DNA of 63,308 bases, counting the filler, from an uncultured bacterium (lineage in GTDB: Bacteria > Latescibacterota > UBA2968), in assembly GCA_964471275.1 (NCBI GenBank). It is 5 parts of 5 records of this genome, joined end to end, with 100 filler letters (N's around TTAATTAATTAA, not from the genome) between each part and the next. Parts side by side here need not be neighbours in the genome. Positions count along the whole stretch, not along the records: positions 38,346 to 50,834 come from CAYYGZ010000146.1; positions 50,935 to 63,308 come from CAYYGZ010000147.1; 3 more parts are not named here. One strand, 5' to 3'. Of this stretch, positions 48,783 to 59,169 are shown one piece after another. The first letter of the stretch is position 1, and every line of letters starts with the position of its first letter. The notes beneath the pieces are model-generated. The model searched no databases, was not told where the DNA came from, and saw nothing but the letters and a program-made list of their open reading frames with translations. A program made the position numbers and the translations under genes.

Positions 48783-50396
48783 GTGCTACTGAAGATCATG
48801 CTCGTTTGCGCGATGCTCCACACATCGGCGCGGTCAGCCGAACCGGATTACCTGCAGGCCGTGACAAACTATGCGACTGCCTTGGTGACATACGGTCGGG
48901 ACAAGCATGGTCTGATGCAGAGCCCACTGATCGCGACCACACACGATCGGGCCACGTTTGCCCTGATCGATCGGGAATCGGGGCCGTCGATCTACGGGAT
49001 CCGGGATCGTGAACGGATGTTGGAGGGTGCGAACCCGATGCACGACCAGAACCTTTATCAGATTCTGTATGCACTTTCGAAGCTTATGGGAGACCCCAAA
49101 TTCGCCACCGAAGCGGATCGCACGCTGAGCTGGTTTCTGGGGCATTGTTCGCACCACGCGACGAATCTTTTCGCCTGGGGCGAGCACATGGGCTGGGATT
49201 TCAGTCACGAACGGTCGATTCGCAAGATTGCCGGCACGCTCCACGAGCTCTACCGACCGTGGGCGCTGTGGGACCGGTGCTACATGCTGGACCCCAAGGC
49301 ATCGTTTCGTTTCGCGAAGGCGCTGTGGGAACACCAGATCGGAGATCGGGAGACGGGGAACTATTCGAAGCACGCCCTGTATGACCAGCACGGGCCGCTC
49401 GTAAATCAGGATGAGCCGAGATACGGCGGCTTCTATCTCGCGACGTGGGCGGCCGCGTTTGCGGAGACTCAGGACGATCGGTATCTGGAGGATCTCTCCG
49501 CCGGGACGTGGTCATTTGTGTTCGCAGAACGACGGAACCGGTCGCTGGATGACGCGATGGAAATCCTGACGGCCTACCTGGAGTCGCGTCGTTCGCCCGA
49601 ATCATACACGATTCTGGCGGACTCAGGCACGCCGATCAAACCGGAGCCGTGGCGAGGTCGTCTCGTACTTCCGGTCGATAATCTCTCTCTTGCGGTAGAT
49701 CTCGGGTGGAGCGCCAAACGGGTCGAGCCGATTCTGTCTCAGAATATGCAGTTGACTGCGTCGCGAATCGATTCGGCGTTTCTGGGCATGACCCATCAAC
49801 CGAGGGATGTTGGATTTCTGGTAGGCGCGCACGTCTATACGCTCGTGCCTTTCGGGCCGGAGGAGAGCCGGCGTTCCCGGATGTGGATGGATCGTGCCTA
49901 CAAGAGCCGGTTCCGAGATTACGGTGCATTTGTGATGCGGTCTCACGCTGCGGTTGCGAACCTGTGCTATGAGCGGTTCAGACAGACGAGCAAACGGGGA
50001 TACCACGATCTCGTGGTGGAGACCGCAATCAGGTATCTCAATGAGGAGCCCACCGTGAGCGGTGTCGGTGTACCAAATGTGTTTACGCGGGCGCTCGAGT
50101 GGGTTATCGGTGCAGAGGAGCCCGTGTATCCCCGGATGATGGGACAGGTGATCAAGCTGATGCTGAACGCGTATACGCTGACGGGTGACAAGCGGTATCT
50201 GAATCGGGCCGATCGTTTTGCGCGATGGTCGATCGAGACGTTTGTCGGTGATGCGTCATTGCCAAGAGCATCACATCGACACGATCACTATGAGGCGGTG
50301 ACTGGCGGTGATGCTTTGATGATGGCCATTCTGGAGCTGTGGACGGTGAAGGCGGGGAGGGCAGGGGAGGTTGACCTGATTTGGGTGGATCGGTAG
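48783..50396 (+). CDS. secreted (alpha/alpha)-barrel protein, pectate lyase PL2-like
   Basis: Signal peptide; NPMHDQNLYQILYALSKLMGDPKF..LFAWGEH..LHEL recalls the PL2 core; TGDKRYL toroid motif. Confidence 0.55.
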   Translation: MLLKIMLVCAMLHTSARSAEPDYLQAVTNYATALVTYGRDKHGLMQSPLIATTHDRATFALIDRESGPSIYGIRDRERMLEGANPMHDQNLYQILYALSKLMGDPKFATEADRTLSWFLGHCSHHATNLFAWGEHMGWDFSHERSIRKIAGTLHELYRPWALWDRCYMLDPKASFRFAKALWEHQIGDRETGNYSKHALYDQHGPLVNQDEPRYGGFYLATWAAAFAETQDDRYLEDLSAGTWSFVFAERRNRSLDDAMEILTAYLESRRSPESYTILADSGTPIKPEPWRGRLVLPVDNLSLAVDLGWSAKRVEPILSQNMQLTASRIDSAFLGMTHQPRDVGFLVGAHVYTLVPFGPEESRRSRMWMDRAYKSRFRDYGAFVMRSHAAVANLCYERFRQTSKRGYHDLVVETAIRYLNEEPTVSGVGVPNVFTRALEWVIGAEEPVYPRMMGQVIKLMLNAYTLTGDKRYLNRADRFARWSIETFVGDASLPRASHRHDHYEAVTGGDALMMAILELWTVKAGRAGEVDLIWVDR

Positions 50397-50599
50397 GCTG
50401 GATCTACTCAACCTGTTGTCGGAGCAGGGGCAAGGGGGCAGAGGCGCAGGGGAGAGAAGGCGTTGTTCGCCTGCTTTCCCCCGGTTCGTTTGTGGCTCTT
50501 CTCCGTGCCGGGATCAGGAAAATTCCGAGTGAAAGCCAAGAGTTTCAGCTCGCATCCACGGCTCACCTGAATCCAAGATGGTCCATCTTGCTCTCCGGC

Positions 50600-50834
50600 G
50601 GCACCCAGCCGCCAGGGCCAGAATCGCCTGCTCGTCCTGCACACTAAGCGTATGAGGGTGTCCCGAACGGACAGATCGTCGCTTCGAATAAAGGCCATCG
50701 GCACCGTAGCCCCGCGAACTGAGATCGCCACCTATAGAACACGGTCCGAGAGATACCCAACTCTCGGCAGGCAGCAGACACATTACCAAGTTGGTGAGCA
50801 CGTTGTAGCGCGTGAAGACGAAATGACTGTACCT
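50600..50834 (-). mobile_element. IS481-family transposase N-terminal remnant (frameshifted)
   Basis: GNVSAACRELGISRTVFYRWR HTH, then GYGADGL..KRR..EQAILALA in a shifted frame; at the scaffold end. Confidence 0.7.
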
Positions 50835-50934
50835 NNNNNNNNNNNNNNNNNNNNNNNNNNNNNNNNNNNNNNNNNNNNTTAATTAATTAANNNNNNNNNN
50901 NNNNNNNNNNNNNNNNNNNNNNNNNNNNNNNNNN
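50835..50934. other. artificial scaffold-joining spacer
   Basis: N44-TTAATTAATTAA-N44. Confidence 0.99.
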
Positions 50935-51578
50935 CAACGCATGGCACGTGGTTATCGTCGAGGTCGATCCCGAGACCGGAAAGGTCGAGATCCTCGACTA
51001 CTTTCTGGTCGACGATTGTGGAACCCGTCTCAACCCGGACACGGTGGAAGGCCAGACGCAGGGGAGCCTCGTGCAGGGGGTGGGGGCGGCGTTGCTGGAG
51101 GAGTACGTGTACGACGAGGACGGCCAGAACCTCACCAGCACGTTCATGGACTACCTCCTGCCGACGATCAACGAGGCGCCCATGGCGAAGAAGGCGGCGC
51201 TGGTGTCGCCCTCGCCAATCTCGCCTGATGGTGCCAAGGTCTGTGGGGGGTGTTCTATCCTCGCCACGCCGGATNNNNNNNNNNGGCGGTTTGGAGCTGG
51301 ACGGCGATCAGGTATCAAGTTTCGCCGAAAAATCACCAGCCAGTGCCGGCTGGATAAACGGTGGGTTTTTTGTCTTCTCGCCGCTGGGTGCCAAGGGCTG
51401 TGGCGAGGGTGCGATCCACGCCACGCCGGCTGCGATCATGAGCGCGATCAATGACGCGCTGGTCCCCCTTGGAGTCCGGGCGACCGAGGTGCCCGCCACG
51501 CCCCAGCGAATCTGGCAACTGATCCAGGACGCCAGGACGAAGGCGACCTCCAGTGAGAAGAGAAAGGCAACGACGTGA
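50935..51578 (+). CDS. xanthine dehydrogenase/CoxL-family molybdopterin-binding subunit, C-terminal part (5' truncated, misassembled at the 10-N gap)
   Basis: VEVDPETG, DDCG..NP..VEGQ..G..QG.G.AL.E, TFMDYLLP, LGAKGCGEG, PATPQRIW. Confidence 0.88.
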
Positions 51579-52558
51579 CCCAGCCCGATTACTTCGTGGC
51601 CCTGACCGAGTGCCACTTCATCAACCGCGACGCCCTGATGGAGCTGACCTACTACCCCGACATGGCGCGCTGGTGGGCAAGTGTCGACGGCGAGCTTCGC
51701 GCCTGGGCGGGCCGCAGCATCGCCGAGCACACCGCCGGCGAGCACAGCGGGCCGCCGTTCGCACCGAGTCTCATCGAGAATATGGACACGGCCGGCGTCG
51801 ACGTGGCCTTCGCGCTGCGCGAGCCGATGATGGACGTCAGCGGCTACACCGGCAGCCTCTCGAACAACGCCTACATCATCAACGAGATCGAGCCCTATCA
51901 GGAGCGGCTCTACCTCGAGTGCAACGTCGGCCCCATCCTGCGCCGCGGCCTGAAGCACGCCCTCTGGGAACTCGAGTTCCTGGTCAAGGAGCACGACGCC
52001 CGGTTGTGCAAGGTCTACGCACCCGAGGACAGCCCGTTGAACGACCGGGGAATGTGGCCCTTCTACGAGAAAGCCTGTGATCTCGACATCCCGCTGACGA
52101 TCCACACCGGGGCATCCTACGTCGTGCCGCAGCCCAGCAGCCACACGCATCCTGGTCTGCTCGACGAGGTACTGATCGATTTTCCAGAACTCGTGGTCAT
52201 TGCCTACCACATGGGCTGGCCCCACACGGAGGAGCTGATCGGACTCGCCGGCAAGCACCAGAACCTCTACCTGAGCTTGTCCGGAATCATCGGCTGGTTC
52301 GAGCGCTCGCCATACCGCGGCTATCACGCGATCGGTGAGGCCCTGCAGTGGGTGGGAAACGACAAGATCGTGATGGGGCTCGACCTGCCCTTCGACGAGA
52401 CGAAGCGGGTGGTCGACTTCGTGCGAAACCTGCAGATGCCCGAGGAGCTCCAGGAGAAGTGGGGTTACCCCGAGATCAGCGAAGAGATTCGCGCCAACAT
52501 GCTGGGTCTCACCCTGGCGAGACTCGCCAAGCTCGAGCCGACGAAGCGCGTGAAATGA
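51575..52558 (+). CDS. amidohydrolase_2 family protein
   Basis: MDTAGVD, WPFYEKA..LDIPLTIHTG, DFPELVVIAYHMGWP, DKIVMGLDLP; GTGA overlap with the upstream stop. Confidence 0.88.
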   Translation: MTQPDYFVALTECHFINRDALMELTYYPDMARWWASVDGELRAWAGRSIAEHTAGEHSGPPFAPSLIENMDTAGVDVAFALREPMMDVSGYTGSLSNNAYIINEIEPYQERLYLECNVGPILRRGLKHALWELEFLVKEHDARLCKVYAPEDSPLNDRGMWPFYEKACDLDIPLTIHTGASYVVPQPSSHTHPGLLDEVLIDFPELVVIAYHMGWPHTEELIGLAGKHQNLYLSLSGIIGWFERSPYRGYHAIGEALQWVGNDKIVMGLDLPFDETKRVVDFVRNLQMPEELQEKWGYPEISEEIRANMLGLTLARLAKLEPTKRVK

Positions 52559-52686
52559 GAGATCGAGGCCGAAATGAGGAGCCCGAGCGGGGACCCCACG
52601 GCCTACCGGGTTCGGGGAGCGATCGTTGCCTTGAGACGGGAGCAGGCGGACCATATCCGTATTAACAGGGATTTGGAGAACAAGGG

Positions 52687-53528
52687 ATGACAGACCAGAA
52701 CACCACGGACGGATGCGTAGCGTGTTCGGCACATCACACCGGTAACCTGATCAAGCTCGGTGTCAACATGGCCAGCTGGGATTATGTCGTGACACTTGCC
52801 GGCAATCCCAACACCGGTAAGAGCACCGTCTTCAACAGCCTGACCGGATTACGCCAGCATACGGGGAACTGGCCAGGGAAGACCGTGGCTCGCGCGGAAG
52901 GTGGATTCTCTTACGAAGGTTCCCGATACAAGCTTGTCGATCTTCCAGGCACATACTCTCTGTTGTCCACAAGTATGGATGAAGAGGTGGCCCGTGACTT
53001 TATCCTCTTTGGGCAGCCAGATGTAACCGTCATCGTCGTCGACGCCACGCGACTCGAGCGGAACCTGAACNNNNNNNNNNGAACCTCGTGATTCAGGTCT
53101 TGGAAATTACCGATCGCGTCGTCGTGTGTCTCAACCTGATGGATGAAGCGAAGCGACACGGACTGTCGATCGACGATCGTCGACTGGCAAGAGATCTGGG
53201 TGTCCCAGTCGTCCCGACTTCCGCGCGGCAGGACGAGGGTATCTCCGAGCTGATCCGCACAATCGGACAGATTTCGGGCGGCCAGATTGCGTCAAAGCCC
53301 CATCGCTTGACCAACGAGCCCCGGGTCGTGAAAGAGGCGATTAATGTGCTGTCGAGTAAGATCCAGGAAGCCTTCCCGGATCTGCCGAATGTGCGATGGG
53401 TAGCGCTTCGCATGCTTGAAGGTGACAAGCGGATCACTGAAGCCATCAAGAGTGGGGAGTTGGGTGACTTGAGCAGGGGGAACACGGAATCTCAGGAATT
53501 ACTCGCAACGGATAGGGCAACCCAATGA
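52687..53528 (+). CDS. feoB: FeoB small GTPase domain protein (stand-alone), spanning a 10-N gap
   Basis: G1 [10 protein letters not shown]2 GNWPGKTV, G3 DLPG, G4 NLMD. Flanks of the gap 53071-53080 overlap by GAAC, restoring ERNLNLVIQ in one frame. Confidence 0.88.
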
Positions 53529-54918
53529 ATGCAGCAGAATCCAAGCACGAAGATATCCTGGCTACAGCGGCCTCACTCCGGTGGGAGACAGGACCGAGCT
53601 TTCACGACTCGTTGATGGAAGCCATCTACACCGATGCCTCCCAGATCGCCGACCGAGCCGTCTCGCGATCGGGAGAGGAGCCACGCTTTGATCTGGACCG
53701 ATCGATTGACCGCCTGGTTACGAGTCAGTGGTTTGGTTTTCCGCTGATGCTGTTGGTTCTGACCGTCGTTTTCTGGCTAACGATCGAGGGAGCAAATCTT
53801 CCTTCAGGCCTACTGGCCGCATTTCTGATCGACTACGCCCACCCGCTGCTCAAGTCAGGGTCAGTCGCGATTGGCCTCCCCTGGTGGCTGGACGGATTCC
53901 TCATTGACGGGGTCTATCTCGCGATGGCCTGGGTCGTCGCTGTCATGCTTCCACCCATGGCGATCTTTTTCCCAATCTTCACCTTGCTTGAGGATTTCGG
54001 CTACCTCCCGCGGGTGGCCTTTAATCTGGACAACCTGTTCAAGAAGGCCGGAGCACACGGGAAGCAGGCACTCACGATGAGCATGGGTTTTGGCTGCAAT
54101 GCGGCCGCGATCGTGTCCACGCGTGTCATCGACAGTCCTCGTGAGCGTGTGATCGCGATTATTACGAACAATTTTGCCCTCTGTAACGGTCGCTGGCCGA
54201 CACAGATCCTGATCGCTACGATCTTCATAGGGGGCCTAGTACCGGCGCATCTTGCGGGGCTCGTGTCGGCGGGGGCCGTTGTCGGCGTGGCGGTGCTCGG
54301 GATCGCGCTCACGTTTGTTGTTTCCTGGGGGCTTTCACACTCGATCCTCCGCGGAGAGGCGTCTGCATTCAGTCTCGAACTGCCGCCCTATCGTCCACCC
54401 CGTATCCTGCAGACGATCTACACGTCAATCATCGACAGGACGATGATCGTGCTCTGGCGAGCCGTGGTCTTCGCCGTCCCGGCGGGTGCGGTTATCTGGG
54501 TTGTGTCGAACATTCACGTGGGCAGCCTGAGTCTGGCCGAGCACTTTATCGAATTGACGGGTCCCTTCGCCGGGCTGATCGGGTTAAATGGCGTGATCCT
54601 GCTGGCCTACGTCGTCGCGATTCCAGCGAACGAAATTGTCATCCCAACCATCCTGATGCTGACCGTTCTGAGTGCGGCGCGTCGGTTGCGTCAACTTCAC
54701 CCGACAGACCGTATTGTTGTTNNNNNNNNNNGCTTCTCACTGCCGTCAACCTCATGCTTTTCAGCCTCATCCACAATCCTTGCTCCACGACGATCTACAC
54801 GATCTGGAAAGAGACCCGAAACGCAAAATGGACGACCGTAGCCTCGCTTCTGCCCATTGCGATGGGTCTGGTCGTGTGCTTTTTTGTCGCACAGGTGTGG
54901 CGGCTTTTTTCGAGTTGA
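53525..54918 (+). CDS. feoB: FeoB transmembrane (gate/nucleoside-recognition) protein, spanning a 10-N gap
   Basis: [37 protein letters not shown]; after the gap, [23 protein letters not shown] to TGA 54916-54918. Confidence 0.88.
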
Positions 54919-54979
54919 TCCGGCAGCAGGACCCCTGTTGGCCGCATTGCAATTCCCTTTGTTTCGGCTTCCCATTCGG

Positions 54980-55212
54980 TTGACCATTTGACGACACTGC
55001 GCGTTGATCTCCCACGTGAAGAAATTGCGGTTACTGAAGCCCGACGTATACCATTCAACAACGCTCTTGCCGTTGTTGATATGTAGCTCCTCGTCCGGGT
55101 TGATCCCGTAGTCCTCAAACGTCATCAACGCCACGAAGAGGTAGCAGGCACAGATCAGGATGGTGATCCGAGTGGGGCGCGAGATGTGTGCTATTCCTGA
55201 TACGAGTTTCAT
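54980..55212 (-). pseudogene. N-terminal remnant of a GT-C/PMT-like membrane glycosyltransferase
   Basis: TM helix followed by DYGINPDEELH (DE motif), then loss of coherence. Confidence 0.5.
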
Positions 55213-55417
55213 GTCTGCTCAAGATGGCGAAACGGAAGAGACCGTCTGTCAGTGACGCGGGAACTCTGCGGCAAGACTACGGTTTTCGAAGAGTAGAAAT
55301 CGATTGGTTCGGATCCTGGTTCCTCAAATTGCCTGTGGTCCAGGGAGGGTTCACGTAGATACCAGTGCAATAGGCAAATCGGCAATAGGAAGACAGAGTG
55401 TGATCGATTGAGGCTGA

Positions 55418-56872
55418 TCACATGAATCTCAACCCACGCTGCCCCATAAGCCCGCGGTTATCCCGCGGCGTGAAAGACGGAGCCTCCATCCCGATCAACT
55501 CTTGGCCTTTGATCCACGCGGAATCTGAGCCGTGGAGGTTCTGTATCAACTGTAAGGTTATATCTCTCCTCGCCTGCTGGTGGTCCGGCGCATCGCAGAG
55601 GTCCGTCGTCTCTCTTGGATCACGCTCTACATCGAACAGCTGAACGATGTTCCCGGCCGGATAGTAGATCAGCTTGTATGGCCCCGATCGGATCATCCGC
55701 ATCGCAGTGGCGCCCTCGTCGTGTTCACCATACAGACTCCCGCGTGTCGCATTTCCCAGCACGATCCCATCGACCGTTTCCGGAATCGGCTGCCCACACA
55801 TATCCAACAATGTAGGCATCAGATCCCCAAACTCTGATAGCCCACTGTCGATAGATCCCGCTCGAAAGCGATCACTTCCCTTCGGGGGGACGATGAAGAG
55901 CGGGATTTTTGCAGACATCTCGTAGAGTGTCCGCATGCACCACAATCCGTGCTCGCCGACCATATGTCCGTGGTCGCTCGTAAACACAATGATCGTGTCA
56001 TTCAGCAAGTCTTCCTCTCGCAGTGTACCGATCGCAAGACGAATCTGATGATCGATGTGCGTGAGCGTGGCGTAGTAGGGGCGTCGTGCCAGTTCGATCT
56101 CCCGCCACCGCGCGTCGACCAGCGACGCATTATTTACGTGGCGCACCTTGAGCGCGTAGGGCAGCTCCTTCTCGTTCTGCGACCAGTTTCCGGTACTGGG
56201 TTCATCGATCTCGACGTGACGGTAGAGGTCCAGATACGCCTGAAGCGGTGTCATCGGAGGATGAGGCGCCGAAAACGATAGATACCAGAAGCCCGGCTTC
56301 CGAGGATCACGGCGACGGATCGTTTTGCACATTTCGCGTGTTGCCCAGTTGATCGGGTGCTCGTACTCGCTCAGATGCCATGGTCGCGCAATGAAGTCGT
56401 TGTGGCACATCCCGCCCGCATACTCCTGGCCTGCATGCCCCTGCTCCTGCAGAAACAGTTCGTAGTCGTCTGCCTTGCCCCCGAATTGATGTCTCCCTTG
56501 CTCCTCCAGCAGCACGTCATCGAACCCGATTCGGTCACGCTGCGGAGACACGTGCAGCTTCCCAACAGCAAATGTCTGATATCCACCCGCCTTGAAACAC
56601 TCCGCCATTGTCGGTGCATCAGGCATGGGCATCCCGTTCGTGTATACCCGGTCCCCGTGTGACCGCGCCGTCATCCCGGTCATCAGGGTCCGCCGCGCCG
56701 GCACGCACGAGGGGCAGGCGCTGTAGGCGTTCGTGAACGTTGCGCCGTTCCTGGCCAATTGCTCGAGCGTCGGAGTGATCACCGCAGGATGCCCAGCGGG
56801 GCGTGTGTTGAGTGCGCTCCAATGGTCCGTGCAAATCAGCAGGACATTCGGTCTATCGGGTTTTGTGTTCAT
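55418..56872 (-). CDS. sulfatase (Cys-type), paralog of 16326-17807
   Basis: RPNVLLICTDHW, CVPARRTLMTG, GKLH, PQRDRIGFDDV, TSDHG. Confidence 0.93.
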   Translation of the reverse strand: MNTKPDRPNVLLICTDHWSALNTRPAGHPAVITPTLEQLARNGATFTNAYSACPSCVPARRTLMTGMTARSHGDRVYTNGMPMPDAPTMAECFKAGGYQTFAVGKLHVSPQRDRIGFDDVLLEEQGRHQFGGKADDYELFLQEQGHAGQEYAGGMCHNDFIARPWHLSEYEHPINWATREMCKTIRRRDPRKPGFWYLSFSAPHPPMTPLQAYLDLYRHVEIDEPSTGNWSQNEKELPYALKVRHVNNASLVDARWREIELARRPYYATLTHIDHQIRLAIGTLREEDLLNDTIIVFTSDHGHMVGEHGLWCMRTLYEMSAKIPLFIVPPKGSDRFRAGSIDSGLSEFGDLMPTLLDMCGQPIPETVDGIVLGNATRGSLYGEHDEGATAMRMIRSGPYKLIYYPAGNIVQLFDVERDPRETTDLCDAPDHQQARRDITLQLIQNLHGSDSAWIKGQELIGMEAPSFTPRDNRGLMGQRGLRFM

Positions 56873-57224
56873 CTTCACGATCATCCTTGTTCATGCGGAG
56901 TTTGACTGGTAGATCGGTGCTACAACTCACTTCGGGAGCAGCGAAACGATCGACGAGGGGGGGAGCACGACGCAATATGATATGGTATCGAGATTGGATT
57001 GGCGCACAGGTTCTCGTGTCTTCAGACCTCCAACCAATTATCGAATACTCTCGGGTGCAGTACCGTAGCATTGTAAGGTATCGTGACAGATGAGCAAGAG
57101 AGCAAGGTACCACAAGCGCAGGTATGTTCCCGAGACAAGCAGACATCGCAGAGAAGCGCGAACACAAGATTGATTCGGAGCGGCCCGTTGCTATCGGAAA
57201 GGTTAGGCAAGCGTGTGCGTATTA

Positions 57225-58067
57225 CAACACTACAGATCATCTGTCACCCCACTGTGGGTGAACCGGGCAAGTTCGCCGTGGCTGAAACCCAGCGCGAGGC
57301 TACTGCTGCCCGTATTCCGATGGGAGAAGCCGTCGCGACTGTTGCCGGTACTGTAACCATCTCTCTCGAGCTGTTCCCGTAGCAAGGATGGGTCGGGTGT
57401 GCGTCCGCAGAGCTATGCGATCCGAATTCGAGAGGACGGCGAAGGCAAGACGATCACTGTGAGCAGCGCGGATCCGACAGGCGCGATGTATGGTGGACTC
57501 GATCTGGTCGAAGCGATTCGCACGGACACGTTGGCCACGATCGGAGATGTGGACCTTGCACCGCATATTCTCCGACGTGGGATCAAGTTTAACCTGCCGC
57601 TGGACCTTCGTAAACCCACCTACAGCGAGCCCTCCGACGTGGCGCAGAAGAATATGCCCGAAATGTGGGAGATGGGCTTCTGGGCCACCTTCCTCGATGA
57701 CCTTGCTCGGCATCGCTACAACATTCTTTCGCTCTGGTTGCTGCATCCGTTCCCGGGCCTCGTGAAGGTGCCGGAGTTTCCGGATGTTGCCCTGGATGAT
57801 GTCTGGCGCACGCAGGTCCCGTTCGACGACAGTTTCGGTTATAATGGTCACGACTACGTGCGTCCGCCGATGCTTGACGACTACGAAGTGATCAAACAGA
57901 TCACGATCGAAGAGAAGATCACGTTCTGGCGCGACGTGATGCAGTATGCCGTCGATCGCGGGGCCGAGGTCTACCTGCTCACCTGGAATGCTTTATTCTT
58001 TGGGGCGGTCGGCAAGCACGGAATCATCTGCAGACGCACTCGTCAAGGCATATTGCTTCCTCGTTGA
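57225..58067 (+). pseudogene. truncated glycoside-hydrolase-like protein (GH20/GH67/GH115 domain-2-like N-terminus)
   Basis: PQSYAIR..ADPTGAMYGGL, RRGIKFNLPLDLR, ARHRYN.LSLW..HPFP; frame lost after GKHGI, and 5' part disrupted. Confidence 0.6.
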
Positions 58068-58148
58068 CTGGACAATTTGGCCTGAGCTGTGGTAAATTGA
58101 GATCCGGATTGATTTTTTGGTTCATTACAATTGAAGGGAATCTCTGAT

Positions 58149-59165
58149 ATGAAGCGTGTTGTTGTCACCGGCAAGAGTCAATGTGGTTTGGGGGATGTAG
58201 ACGATCCTTCTGTGGGTGAGAATTACGCAAGGATCAAGATTCAATCTGCTCCCCTTTGCACCGAGTTTCATCAATTTCTGAAGGGAGATATTCGTCCCAT
58301 TGGTGGGCACGAGGCCGCAGGTGAGGTCGTCGAAATCGGTCCCAGCGTGAACACGGTGAAGCTTGGCGACCGAGTTGTGGTGATGCCGCAGAGCGGTTGC
58401 GGTGTCTGCGACCTGTGCCTGTCCGGAGATCACATCTACTGCGAGAACAAGAAGGACCCCAAGGCAATCTGTGGAAACGAAACCGGCACAGCGACCTATG
58501 CGCAGTACTGCGTGCAGCAGGATTGGCTGCTTGTGCCCATTCCGGACGATCTCTCTTACGACCACGCCAGCATGGCCTGCTGTGGCGTGGGTCCCGGGTT
58601 CAATGCCATGCAGACCTTGCAGGTCGCGTCGACGGACACGGTATTGATCTCCGGTCTCGGCCCCGTTGGTCTTGGTACCGCGGTCATGGCTCTCTATCGA
58701 GGCGCACGCGTCCTAGGGCTCGAGATGAACCCCTACCGGATCGGTCTCGCAAAGGAATTAGGTGTTGAAGCCGTTGTCGATCCCACCGGCGAGAACGCGG
58801 TCGAGGAGATTATGGATCTGACCAGCGGAAGAGGTGCAGCCAAGAGCGTTGAATGCAGCAGTGTCGAAACTGCCCCGGATTTCCTTGTGAAGGCAGCTGC
58901 AAGAAGGGGTCAGATCGCATCGCCGGGCTGGGGTGGTCCGATGAATGCACGAGAAATCAGCGCAAAGGGACTGACGGTGCACGGATGCTGGCACTGGAAC
59001 CATCAGCGTGACACACGGGTTATGATGGATTCCATTCGCGGCGCCTCATCGCTGCTAGACAAGTTTATTACCCATACGTTCCCGTTCTCAGAGGTCCAGC
59101 AGGCGCTGGAAACCCGGGCAAGCAACGAGTGCGGCAAGATCATCCTGCATCCCTGGGAGAATTGA
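58149..59165 (+). CDS. zinc-binding alcohol dehydrogenase
   Basis: LCTE, GHEAAGEV, CGVCDLC..C, GLGPVGL. Confidence 0.93.
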   Translation: MKRVVVTGKSQCGLGDVDDPSVGENYARIKIQSAPLCTEFHQFLKGDIRPIGGHEAAGEVVEIGPSVNTVKLGDRVVVMPQSGCGVCDLCLSGDHIYCENKKDPKAICGNETGTATYAQYCVQQDWLLVPIPDDLSYDHASMACCGVGPGFNAMQTLQVASTDTVLISGLGPVGLGTAVMALYRGARVLGLEMNPYRIGLAKELGVEAVVDPTGENAVEEIMDLTSGRGAAKSVECSSVETAPDFLVKAAARRGQIASPGWGGPMNAREISAKGLTVHGCWHWNHQRDTRVMMDSIRGASSLLDKFITHTFPFSEVQQALETRASNECGKIILHPWEN

Positions 59166-59169
59166 AGAT

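Noticed and set aside
51308..52732. 474-aa minus-strand ORF
   Set aside because: Antisense shadow of the GC3-rich amidohydrolase and CoxL genes; no motifs of its own
53071..53080. FeoB GTPase split into two ORFs
   Set aside because: The gap flanks overlap by GAAC, and merging them gives one continuous frame
46012..54918. fetAB and feoB as one iron-homeostasis island
   Set aside because: They lie on different scaffolds separated by an artificial spacer
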